A stretch of 64,000 nt of DNA from Lingula anatina (Eukaryota; Animalia; Brachiopoda). A program made the position numbers and the translations under genes. This document shows positions 15,640 to 28,980 of the stretch, piece after piece; position 1 is the stretch's first letter; each line of letters begins with the position of its first letter. The stretch is from assembly GCA_051362555.1 (NCBI GenBank), contig CM120641.1:25922401-25986400 (forward strand), given 5' to 3'. The notes beneath the pieces are model-generated. The model saw only the letters and a program-made list of their open reading frames with translations, ran no database searches and was not told the DNA's origin.

Positions 15640-18600
15640 TTAATCTTCAGATTCTTCATCTTTTTCATCAAATATGTTGGGATCTTCTGCCAGTTTTTCC
15701 AGTTCAGTCCTCAATTCCTCAACTGCTAGATGAAGTCTTCCTTTCTCGGACTCCTCGCTTATTTCCAGCCAGTCATGGCACTGCTTCAAGATCATTTGGC
15801 ATTGTAGATAAAAATGTCTACGTATGACAGTTTCTGAACCTGGAAAGTAATGTGGTTCTTTTTTTTTACACAAAATACTCAGATATTTTATCAAAATTTT
15901 AAATAACACTTAAATTACCAAAGGCCTACTTATGTGTTCATGTCAGAATTTTCTTTAAAAGGCAAGTGAATCTGGGTAAACTAACACCAATATTTTATGA
16001 CTGCAACAGTATGCATGTTCAATATAAAATTAAAAAAGTAATAATCTGCTGTTTCAATGAATGGTATGATCAATAAAGTTGGGAGAGAACATGAAATACT
16101 GTTATTGCAAGGATATTAACTATGACAGTTCCAAAATTACAATACATACTATTAGATCTACCGTTTATTATTACATTTAGCTTCAAGAAGAAACAAATGT
16201 AATCAAAAGGAAAGTGAAAAAATATATATTCAAATTTCTCTACTTATTGTTTATGCTGAAGATTTGCATAAAGGGTACATTCAAGAACCTGTTTCATTTA
16301 CATGTTAAAGTTGAAAACTGGTTTTTAGCAAAGACTTAAGAATTTTAGCCAAGTTGCAATAATCCAATGTAGACTGTGTACTAACTTTTTTTGTCTTTTT
16401 TGATTTTTTAACTAAACCCTACAAAATTGTTTGCACAGACAATATTTTTATTCTAAGTGGAGATAAAAGCTCTTTTTTAAGAGTTGAAAGTTCATCAACT
16501 ACATGTATTGTGGACCAACCACTTGTGAAATGCTTTTACTGAAAGACAAATATGAGTGCAAAGTTGACTTTGCAGTTCATTATATGCTTTCAGCAGTTTA
16601 AGTTAAACCCCAAAACTACACTTTTTATGAAACGGGCCCAGGGACTGTCAAATATGATAAAATTCACTTTGTGTATCAGATGTGACCCTTACCTGGGGGA
16701 GGTTTTCTCAGCTGTCCCAGCATAGCATGGCGTATGGTGTAGAGTCGTATCTTACTGTTGTACTGAGCACTACGGGACTAAAAAAGGACAATTAAACATT
16801 TAGATTACTTCAATATTTTTCTTATGAGCATGTTTTCCTGCTACCTGATCATCATTAAAAATAATTCAAAAGGTGGCCATTGCTGACTCTGTTGAGGGGT
16901 TGCTTGAGAAGGTTGAGAAGTGGAAGATCGGGATGGAGAAGAACGGACTTAAAGTGAACATGGGTAAGACGAAGGTGCTGATGTCAGGCCATAATCTTGA
17001 TGTTCTGAAGAAGTCAGGGAAGGTTCCATGTGGAGTATGTCTGGCTGGCACGGGCAAAAACTGCATCTTTTGTGGTGGTTGTTCCCACTGGATCCATAAG
17101 AAATGCAGTGGCATATCAGGACCGCTATGGGAGGATCCAGAGAACCGTTGTCCACGCTGTTTGGGTACCGCAAGACCAATAGACGGCAGGTTGATAACAG
17201 AAGTGGAACTGGGTGGCGAGAAACTGGAAGTTGTGCCACAGTTCTGTTACCTTGGTGAGATGATTTCTGCTGGTGGAGGTTGTGACCTCGCTGCGATCAC
17301 TCGCTGCAAATGTGCCTGGGGCAAGTTTCATCAACTTTTACCACTCCTCACAAATCGTCACTTACCACTGCTCTCAAGGGGGTGAGGTACTCTGCAGATG
17401 TGGGCTGCCACCGGTAACACTATTCAACGACTGCGCCGTAATGACCGAGCCATGATCAGATGGATCTGCAATGGCAAGCTAAAAGACGAGGTTAGCTCTG
17501 ATTCTCTGCTCCTGAAGTTGGGTCTGCAGGACATTGAGGAAGTGCTGCGCCGCAGCAGACTCCGATGGTTTGGGCATATAGAGAGAAGCGATGGCTGGAT
17601 TAACCGAGTGAGAGAAGTTGAAGTAGTGGAGGACAGAAAGAGGCCTGGCAGACCAAAGTTAGCCTGGAAGGACGTGGTGAGAAGAGACAGGGAAGCGCTT
17701 GGTCTAGTCGGCGAGGACCCTCAGGATAGATCAAGTTGGAGAGGAAGACTGCGTGTCAGACTGGCCCCACCCTCTGTTGAGGATTAATTCCAGCCAGTAT
17801 AAAATAAATCCAGATGATGATGATGATGATGATGAAAAGGCAATCAAATTTTGCTAAATTATCTTTGACAATTTTATGAAAATGTTTCACTTCATAAGTA
17901 ATATTTTCCCAACCAAAGAACCACAAAATTTTAAGTTAAAGAGAAATACACTCACTGCCTGCATTTTCATGAACAACAGCACTGAAAAAGTCTACTCTAA
18001 GAAAATATTCAACCAATGATTTATATTATTCATACTAATGTATCCTAAAATAATACCTCTCCTTCTTCAGTCCCTCTTATGCCATCATAACCAGGTTCAT
18101 TAAACATAGGATCTCCAATCAAGATCATCCCTTGTATGGAAACCAGTACCTAAGATAATAACAACTTCTTAGTGATATTTTCAGTTTATTTACATGAGTT
18201 TTTCTTTAAACATTTTTCCTTGGTATTTCATTGGACTGTCACTGATTCACTTCAGATTTAAAAAGACTTAAATCTTTGGTCCTAATGTTGTGACCAACTT
18301 TCACTCTAAAATTTTAAACAGACACATGGTTAAAGACCACATTCAGAGTCACACATCATACTAGCTGGGTCACTCCAACTCTGTAAGGGATTCCCGCTAA
18401 AGTGCAATCAGTGGAATCAGCTTAACTGTCTGACATGCCTCCTCAAGCTGCTAGGAGGTAATAAACTATTGTGCTGATTAAGCGTATTCCACCGATTTCA
18501 CTTTAGCAAGAATCCTCTACAGAGTTGGACTGAACCAGCTAGTACGGGTGAATCTGAATTCGCTCTAAGATATAGTTCCATGTTATTTATCCCCTTATCA

Positions 18601-21600
18601 TAAGTTACCTGGTACAATGATGAGGTCTTGGGGTTCCACTTCTCACTGGCGTCACCCCCGTGCCATGTTCCCAGCAGACTCAAGCACACCTTGCCATCCG
18701 CATAGAGGTTGGGATTGAACCTGTGTGACAAAAGATGCTCAGAGTATTTTTAAAATGTTCTTATTGTCAAAATCATAGTTTAACAATATCATTTACTATT
18801 AACACATATCAAATGTGTTGAAGCTATGTTTTTTGGCCTTTTTGATGCAAAAATTAAATTGAAACTCCCGACAAAAAGTGATGTTCACAGATGTAAGAAA
18901 ATTATAGAAAATACTAATGTTAAACCAAACATTTAAAGGCACATATTTTTTCAGTAATTTTTGTACATGTATGAAAATAAACTTAGTGACTGTAAACCAC
19001 AAAACTGACAAAAACCAAAATCAGAAGAAGAAAATGTAACATTCATTAGGAAAGTTTTGATGTCATTGGCAAGGTAAATCTTTTGCTTATTTTCAAATTA
19101 AATTATTAAAAAAGGACTTCAGCTAAACTTAGTGCTAATGCAGGCTAGCTGATATTTCCCCACAGAACTGACCTGACAGTGCCATTCCCTGTTGTCACCA
19201 GTTTGACCAGAGGTGGTATATGTGGGTAGTTGGTGGGGAAGTAGATGTCAAACACAAAGCAGCCTCGACTGTATGGCGTATCAGCAGGACCTGTGATCAC
19301 AGCACGTACTATGTCCATCTGATTCTCATCCTAGAAAAAAAAATTCATTTCCGATCCAGTTGATTCCAATCAAGAGTTTATATCTTAATATAAATTAAGT
19401 CAATAAAATATAAATAGAAAAAGAAATTGTTATAAAATGTACATTAGAATTGAAAGTTTGCGCAAATCTTGCGATGAGAACCAGTACAATTGTAGAATAT
19501 CTTGTGGCTTTTAACCTTTAAAACAAAAAAAAAAAAAACAAAACAAAAAAAAAAAAAAAAAAATTACCCAGTATAGACAAAATATGATCAAATTTAACAA
19601 TGCAAAATTCCTTTTCCATTTGTATCGACCTAGAATTTATTTTCAATTTGTATTACGTAATCTGTAGTTCTGGTCATCAACAGATTAATAGATATGCACT
19701 AAGGGCCATTATAGTGACATAAATAATACCTGTCTTGCAAAAATGGCAGCATTCAAGTGTACAGGCAAGTCTTTTTGTAATTGTTTGATTTCTTTCATAA
19801 GAGCCTTCCACTTCTGTGACCTGGAGAAAAATATTTCCATACATTTTTAAGAGTGTATTTTATGGAGATGTTTTAAGGCATATTCATAATGTGTTGAAAT
19901 TAAGGTCTTTTCACATCAAGCATTTATTTTAGTGTTCCAGCTGTAGCGTTCAGTTTTAAGAGGTCCTACATGTATCCTGCAATTACACATTATGTATCTT
20001 GAATGTGTTAACTTTACTTTGTGGAAGAGCAAGGCAACCTTAGGAAGTGGGGGTTTGCCTTTCTACTTCTTAAGCTTTTATTTTTATTCACAGAATGTAT
20101 TAATTTCAAATATTTGTTATTCAAATCTCAGCTATAATAACATGCTTTTCAGTCTTAAAATATACAAAGTTCACAAAACGATGTCACTAAATGCATTTTA
20201 CAACTCACCGAGGATCATGAGACTGGCCTGCACTAGTTCTAAAGCTATGACTCTCCTGGAATTTCCAATGACCATTATATTTGTTTAAAATTATTTATTA
20301 CACAGCAATGTTCAATTCCATACATCATAATCCTATACTCTTTAAAAAATCAGTCCAACACTTCAAAATATTTTCAGGGTATGAATATGGTATATCTGTG
20401 GTTTAAGACAAATGAAACGGATAAACTGACATTATGCTAAGAAAATTTTGTTTCAACTCTTAAGATCCATTATAAAGAGGATTCTAAATCTGGAGGAAAT
20501 GAATATTATTAAAGGTCCATTATTTTTACCCTCAAGTTACCTGTATGTCTGCTGTTCCATACTTTAAATCGACCATCCTGTTGTGGTATTCTTCTTCAAT
20601 ACTGGGTATGTCTAGAGGAGCTAAAATGGTGTCCCAAGCTCTTTTTTGGTCTTCTGCTCTACCCTCCACCTCTTGGACTTGTATTTCTCTCAGTTTGTCA
20701 ATCTATTGAGTATGAAAGCAATCTGAATTTCTTTTAGTTCTTCATGCTTTCATGTTTTACTTCTTCATTTTAAGTGTTACATACTATCATTTCATACCAT
20801 GATAAACGTATATATAATGATGAACTGTTGAAAAGCCAATCCTGCTGCACTGGAGGATGAAGGTATCAAGAAAGGGACAAGAAAACATGTCTCTGTGGAC
20901 CTTCAGTGTCCTTGATGCTTTTTTAGAAAATTGAAGCTCAGGCACACTCTTGATACTCCTGGATATCAAAAGAGCACTGACATAGGAAGAAATCATATTC
21001 CACCAAAGCCTAACAAATTGATAAAAAAATTAATTCACAGATAGCTCTTAATACCTGTGTTAAAAGTTCACCAAACTCCTCCACCATTTGATCATCACCA
21101 ACTCCTTTCTCGCTAAGGACTGTGTACGTCTTGGCCCATGCAGTCGGGGAGTAGTCAGGATCCATAGCCAGGCTGTGAACAAAACCTTCTGTTTTGAAGG
21201 TTTCCTCCTTTGCTATCCTCAGCAATACTTGGCAGACATCTGACAGAAGCTGACGTGGATTGAATGAATACCTGCATATGAAACATTCATTCAAATAAAA
21301 AATATTCAATGACATATAACAAATTTTCCCTATTCACATGTATGCATGCTTTACAGACTTGGCAATGTTTGTAACATAAAAACCCATGCTACATGTAGAA
21401 ATCTGTTGTTTTACAGCAAAATGCTTGAATTTTGTTTTACATATGACATGCTCTTTATTTAACTGCTGAGGAAAAACTGGACCACATCTATATGCTTACC
21501 ATAGAGACAGACTTGAAATATTGTGGCTTAAATCTTAAACAATTTTTTCAATATGTTACTGTACATGGACTATACTAAGATCCTATTTAAGCACTTACTT

Positions 21601-24600
21601 ATCCATGTCTTTCACTTTAAACTCAACAGACTTGCTCCCACAAAGAGCTTCAATAAAACCTATAAACTAAAATAAAAAACAGCATAATACCTTGAAAATA
21701 CATGTAGAACATTAAATAACTAAGAACACAGCCTGGACAAAAAAAAAAAAAAAATTCTAGAAATTAAACTTTTTTTCGATGAGGGCCTGAGACAAGACAG
21801 TAGATTTATGCAAAATGTTTCACATAATACATTTCTAAACACTGTTAGTGTAAAAAGGTTGCTGAAAGGAGAAATTCTATACTGCTTACTGCATTAGCAG
21901 CTCTCTGTGCCATAGGTTTCTGGGTAAAACATCTGGCCACTTCCTCCGATTGACTCAGCATGGTGATAAGGCCCAAAGTTTGCTTTGCCTAAAATAAAAT
22001 ACAATGACCATATGATATACACATTGACATCAACTAGCCCAATAAGAAACTGTTACAAAATTAGAATTTGAACACCACTGCAGAATTACAGAACTGGATA
22101 TTAATTTTTCTATCTTTAATATAGAAATGGTTTTAAATGCACTGCATTAAGTTGAAAATAATCTCTTGTTTCCTTTTTGTTTGTTTTTTTTTTCACATTC
22201 CGTTCAATTTCATCAACTGACTTACTTTTACTACATCTACAGCAAATCTAGTTCAAAATAGCCAAGGTGAGTGAATCCATGATAAGAAAATATAAGAAGG
22301 CAAGAGAATATGAGAAAGTGTCCCATGAAACCTCTGTTAGCAAGAGGACCTACCATTGTCATAAATCCCCTAGCTACACCCTCCTCTGATTTTAAAAACT
22401 TTTCTTTCTCTTGTTGCTGTTCCCAACTAAGTTGATCCCAAGTAGATTCTGTAAAATACACACGGTTGACACATAGAGACAGACTTCATCATTATTTTAT
22501 AGGAAATAAATAGTTGCTGTTTCCATAGCAGTCGATTGATCCTCCTTAGGAAGTTAAAAGTTAAAGTATATAAAATATAAGTTAATGTCATAAAATTACA
22601 ATATTCAAGCTGATAAATTAAAACTTCAAAATAATTTCAATTATGTAAAAAAAAAAAGTGGGAAGGGGGATAATTCTGATTACCATCCTCTTTGGCAATT
22701 TGTAGTTTTCTGACATTGGCCAACCTTGCTAAACTGTCATGTAGCTGGTACAACAGTGTATCCAGTGTGGCTCCTAGAAAAGCCTGGAATTACACACACA
22801 TATGGAAACTTTAAACAAATTGTTACCTCTAAAAGAATGTTAAATGGAGTACACTATCATACCTAACACACTGCCTCACATACCCTGCTGCCATGTCTAT
22901 CATATTTAGCACTAATATTTAGCAAGTACATAAGCATATTGTATTAACCAATGAACATTTTAATACTGTATTGTCAATAAATTGAAAATGATGTCAACAT
23001 ATAAGAGCATTTTATAATGGATATTTATACATAAACTCCTAATAATTACGTAGGCAAGTAAATGATCCATCATAAATGTGAGGCTATGAAATGTGCAATA
23101 AGGTGTGCATGTAAAATTGTAGTGGTATAGTATGTGTGAGCCATACCTGAAACTCTTCAGTTCCACACATTTTCAACACAGATATCCTGCTGTCTCTACG
23201 GTTCCACAAGAATTCCATAAGTTTACCAATATCAGCCCTAACAAAAAAGGAAAAAAATACAATGTTACCATATTAAGAAAAAAAGCACAAAATAGAATAA
23301 AATATTTAAGGTATGACAAAAGATAATAAATAAAATTTAAAAATATGTTTTTCATGGAACAACAGTGTATATTTTATTGAAATGGAACAACAGAGCAGTA
23401 TCTTGGATTGGAGTTGAATGTCTTTCTTTCAGTGCCTGTCAATATGCTCCCATATGTGTGCACAGTGTGTTAATGCCTGTGCGCGCATGCATGATTTTTT
23501 CCAACATCTCACCTTGCACTGTATTTATCAAAGTCCTCCTTGTCTACATCCAGTCCTTCAACCACATCCACACTAACATAGGTGTGGAGTAGGGCAGGCC
23601 CTAGGTGATGTTGTACTGCCTCACACGCACACACCATTAACGCCATCTCTGACATCACTTCATTGCCCCATCCTACAGATCTAGCCAGTAAACATAAATA
23701 TAATATAATTACGATAAAAACCTGAAAATTTCATCACCAAAAAAATTAATAAAAATTTTTAAATGTGTGAATCCAACATGGCAATATTAGGTGACAAACA
23801 TTTCAAAATCATTGAGAGACACATTTTCAAAATGAGAAATAATTACACTGGCATTACATTTCTGAAAAAATTTTCATGACTGACTAAATTTTTAAGCTTT
23901 TACTGTAAGCAGTAATCACAGTCAACCTTTGAAATATTGTTAGTGCTACCTCTGATACCATTTCATTGCACCACTCTACAAGAGATCCATACAGATCTAA
24001 GTATAGAATAAAAATACCTTTAAAAAATTACCCAAGTGACCATGTAGCAAGGTTTTAGATAAATGAAATCTTGGAATATCTGTGCGATCACATTTATTAA
24101 ACAAGTGAACCTTGTAAGTGGTTCTACAATTGTCTGTCAAGGTACACCCTTCCTAAATGCCACTAAAATAGGCTACACTGACACAAACTCTGTCACATTG
24201 TCAAGGAAGGACCCCCAATATGTCGCTTCACTCATTATAACAAAATACCTATACCTGCTTCCCCTGCTAGAAGTCTGCATAAAGGCTGCCAGCGCCCCCA
24301 CTATCTTACTGGCTGGAATGGGACCAGGAACAAGATCTGGTCTTTGTAACAGGTTCACACAGCAGTCCACAAATGGTGCCAGCTAAAACAAGAAATTGAA
24401 GACATATTTTACAGATAAAGGACTATCATTATGAATTTTGAACATTGCTATATAGGTAATGAAGGGTTATAACACGAAACATAAGTGTACATTTTGAAAA
24501 ACAATTTCATTCGTTCTAAGGTTCATAATTCAAGCAAGAGATAAGCAACTGTCTTTTTTTTTAATATATCAATTTTTTTCTCTATTATCAAAGACACAAA

Positions 24601-26742
24601 ATTTATTTTTCATATGGTTGGTTATTACTGTCATTGGTAAAGAGAAAAATATTACAGTATGAAAGCAATGTCAATTTTCAATTAGGCCAATCTTTATATA
24701 CAAACATGTCAAAATTCTTTGTACACAAAAAAATGATGCCTGCAATATGAAAAATTCATCAGGTAGACAAAGATAGAACTACTCATAGTTATATACTGTA
24801 GACCTCATGTGCAGTGTAGTCAATGCCCATGTACCCTGCTATAAATACCTGCAGTCCTATGAGAACTTTGGGTTTCAGCACTACAACTTGTCTGGCCACA
24901 AAAGAGAACCATATGGCCATGTCCTTCACTATGTACTCAGGGAGCTGAGCAAACACCCGTTTTTCAAGCATGGTAACTTCTGCTTTATTTCCCTTTGGAA
25001 AAAAAGAGATAATGCAAGAATTAATGTAGAACAGCGAGTAAAGGAAATAAATCAATCTCAATAGATTCAAATGCAGAGTAGAGCAGTATGTTCTAATCTG
25101 AGGAGGATTAAGATTTCCTTGGTCAATGAAAAAGACTCTTTCACCTTCTCTCTACATCTTTGTAGCAACAGGTCAAGCCACATTGCCTGAGTTATGTAGA
25201 ATTCGGAGGTTTTCCTTATGAATTCTGGGTCCATAATGCAAGAGTCCCATCGCCAGCAATACACCTAAAATGGTATAAAAATAGTGATGTGGAAAACTTT
25301 ATCTCATGAAATTAAAGAAGAAGGATATGGGTGTGGCAGTGTGGAAGACAGTTTGAAAATATTCAATATTCACTACAATAATGTTTGCAAAGGTAAGTAT
25401 GTATGATATTATATATCCCAATCTTTCTTTGGTTATACCTGATAAAAGTATGCTTACTGCTATAAATTGATTAAAATCCAGTTGCGTATTCTATCATTTC
25501 AAAATTTAACTGAATCTAAGAATTAAAAGTAACTGATTTAAGAATGACACATGGTTTACAAGCTTATATGTTCAATATCATTTTTCTTACTGCTTCTTGT
25601 GCTTGAAGTTGTTCTTCCAAAGGTGTCCCTTGTTTGGCAGCTCTAGCTCTCTGAATCTGACTGTAAGAATAAAGAATGGAGAAATGCTTCATCAGCATAT
25701 ACAGCAAGACGTGTGCCTCAAAACTCAGTCATTGCTAATTTTAGTAATAGATCCAAAGTTCCTCTCATCAACATTTTCATAAATTTTGAAAAAATCTTAT
25801 TTCTTAAAATTGACTCCAGAACTCGCTTAAGTTTTGATATTTAGAGCACAAAAATAGGAATATAATTCTTTCCACAAAATACAGAAAGTGTTGAAACATG
25901 AAATTACATACTGAATATACTCACCCTAAAAGTTTGATGAAATGTGTCAGAGATGGAAGGCTTCCAATGTTCATTGCTCTTTGGGTCAAATGGAAAACTT
26001 CCGTCATAAAGTTAAATTGTTCTACACTACTCTCACATTTATTCTTGGTGTCATCATCATCCAGAGTTTTCTCAGAAACTATTTTTTAAGAAAAAGAATG
26101 ACATCATGATGAATTAATATGACAACTTATCACCATGACTATCAAAACAGTTTTCAGATTTAAATAATTTATTTGATAACTGACCCATTTCAGGGTTATC
26201 ATCTGATACTGTATCAACAATTTTCCCATGAACATATTAAGTTGTGTACTTTTTAAACACCTAGATTTATAAGGCAGGTTATGATATTCAAAAAATTCCT
26301 AATAACTTGCTACACTACTTTTTCTTATGGAGAAAGTTCCATAGCAAATATCCCAGGGCTGTAGTTATTATAACTATTATAGGACATTTAGAATTAATTT
26401 TCCCTATTTTTCTGTTTGGTCCACTCACCTATTTGACCTCCAGCCAAGCAGGTCTCATAATCATAGTTTAATAAGCATGCAGCAGAGTGCGAGTAGCCGG
26501 AATCAATTTTTTCCAGCTTGGATATGTCTTTGAAAAATGGCACACAAAACTCTAAAAGGACTGCACAGAGATTCTGCATAAAGCCTAAAAAAGTAGCAAA
26601 GATACAGATACATTTTTTATTATTTCAGCGAAAAATTTCCTGACAAAAAAATGATGGTGTGAAAAGGCGTTCATACTTTATAACATATAACAAAACTACT
26701 AAGTATGTGAATATATTTAGAAAAAGTTGTTTTATGTTACAC

Positions 26743-26841
<99 letters not shown>

Positions 26842-26845
26842 TCAT

Positions 26846-26902
<57 letters not shown>

Positions 26903-28910
26903 ACGTGACAATGCATTAGATATGACAGTGTATGACCCATTGCAGTAGTTGTGGCAAAGTGTTGATAGTGCCAGTATAGTGTAAAAGACAGTGTGCTGGT
27001 TGTGACAATACACTGTGTATATATACCATCAGTACAGCTGGCAGAACCATCTGTGTTATCTTGGTAAGGATTTGAAGAGAGGCGCATCTCATTCATGTTT
27101 ATCACTGTGGCTATCCACTCCAGTGCTACATCACGGCAGCTCTTCATCATCTTCTTCAATCCACAGTAAACTGCACTTTGGCATTTGTAGAGGACAGCTT
27201 GAATGTTGCCCTGTATATAAAACAAAGCATTCATGTGTAGGCACAACTACTTAAGTCTAAGTCTATTAAATTTATTGTCCTTTAAATCTCCTCCAGAGTT
27301 GAATCAATTTTAAGAAGTATTCTGTTCATTTCAATTGTTCCATCCAACTTTTACTAACAAGTAAATGTTATCCTCATAGAATTTACCTGACAGAAACTCA
27401 TAAATAACACTAAAACATAAAATGTATATATCTTACGAAAAGCCTCAGAAGAGAAATGTGAATCTCAAACTTAATTTGGCTTTATCGTTTCACAACAAAT
27501 TATCCTTCACAAAATTTCCAAAAAAATTCTAAGAAAATTCCTGAGTACCTGTACTCTTTGTATATCATCTGCAAAAGGTTTTGGAAATCTAGGCAAACTG
27601 GTGAACATCTGGGCCTGAACTGCCTTCAGATTTAATCCATCTTTCACATCAGTTGGAATGATGCTCACTGACAGCAGTGGACCAAATACAGACTCCCTCT
27701 CAAAGTAGGCTCCCTAGTACAGAGTCAGCACATGTTAAATCATGTGAAGTATAATGAACCATATAATTTTTAATTTACAAAATATACAAAAAAAAAAAAA
27801 AAAAAAAAAACTAATGAAATTATATTTTTTCTCTTGGTATAAATAATATACTTTTTGTAAAACATCAATTAATACAATAAATATCCTACTGTGTAATGTC
27901 CTTCTAATGAAACTCAACTGATACCTTTAGCCAAAGAAATACTTAATAAAAACATATACACTATTATCAAAATTTGTAAATAGCTTGTCCTTACCAAATG
28001 TTCTTTGCCAGCCTTTATTTCTTCCTTTAGTCTAACACTCAATACTGGCACCAGCAGAGGCTACAAATCAGAATTAGATGTGAAAGTTTAGTTATTAACT
28101 CTGAAGATAACTTTATTCTTATATTTTACATTAATATACATATAACCGCAAAGCAATTATTGCAGATTCAAAATACACATCTTTTGTAAGAACCCTACCT
28201 GATTCATCAAGATCTCCACTCCATTGAGTAGAGCTGCATTTTGTAATATGGCTTCATCAAGCCTGAAAATACAGAGACACAATGTATCTGGATCATTGTA
28301 AGGTGTTCAAATCAGCAGTAACGACCATGACATCTATTAAAAATATCAAATCTTCATTAAAAAATAAAACTGCCAAGGACCAGTAAGTATAGAAAAAATT
28401 TACATCAAAATACACCAAAACTACAGTAACTTTGGTACATAACAACAAAAATTAAACAAATCTCTTCAATTTCACCTGAAAAAAAAATGGATTACATCAG
28501 AGAGCAACATTTCCTTGTAACTCAATCAATTAATATATTTTAAAAATTGATTAAATGCAGTGCTTAAAATTAATGCATAAGTATAAATACCATACCTCTT
28601 GCTGTTTTTGATTTGCAGCCCACTGACTCTCAGCACCTGAATTATGGCCTTTCTTCCCTCTGCTGTCTGCACTGCCTGTGTTAGGATCAGTTCTAGTAGA
28701 GCTGGGGGCACTGCCACCCCGCCACACCCAGACACCCCCTGCAGGAACTGTGTTATCACTGTGGAGATACTGTCGCTTGTTGTTACATCAGACCAAAAGT
28801 CATCATCATCTGAAAAATCTGAAAGACAGAAAAAGAGCAATTCATATAAACTTCTTTTATGTAGACATCTTCCTTTTTGTTCCCTTATTACCCTTTTTAT
28901 TTGACGCACA

Positions 28911-28980
<70 letters not shown>

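Noticed and set aside
16285-16645. Possible old MITE (GAACCTGTTTCAT...ATGAAACGGGCCC)
   Set aside because: Inverted termini are too short and degenerate, and no TSD is evident.
23600-23645. Apparent frameshift in the TG-rich part of exon 19 of the Ufd2-UBC gene
   Set aside because: Re-reading gives [18 protein letters not shown] in frame; there is no lesion.
26659-27013. ORFs with ER/CV/HT dipeptide repeats (similar cases at 39956-40237 and 63184-63486)
   Set aside because: Translations of microsatellites.
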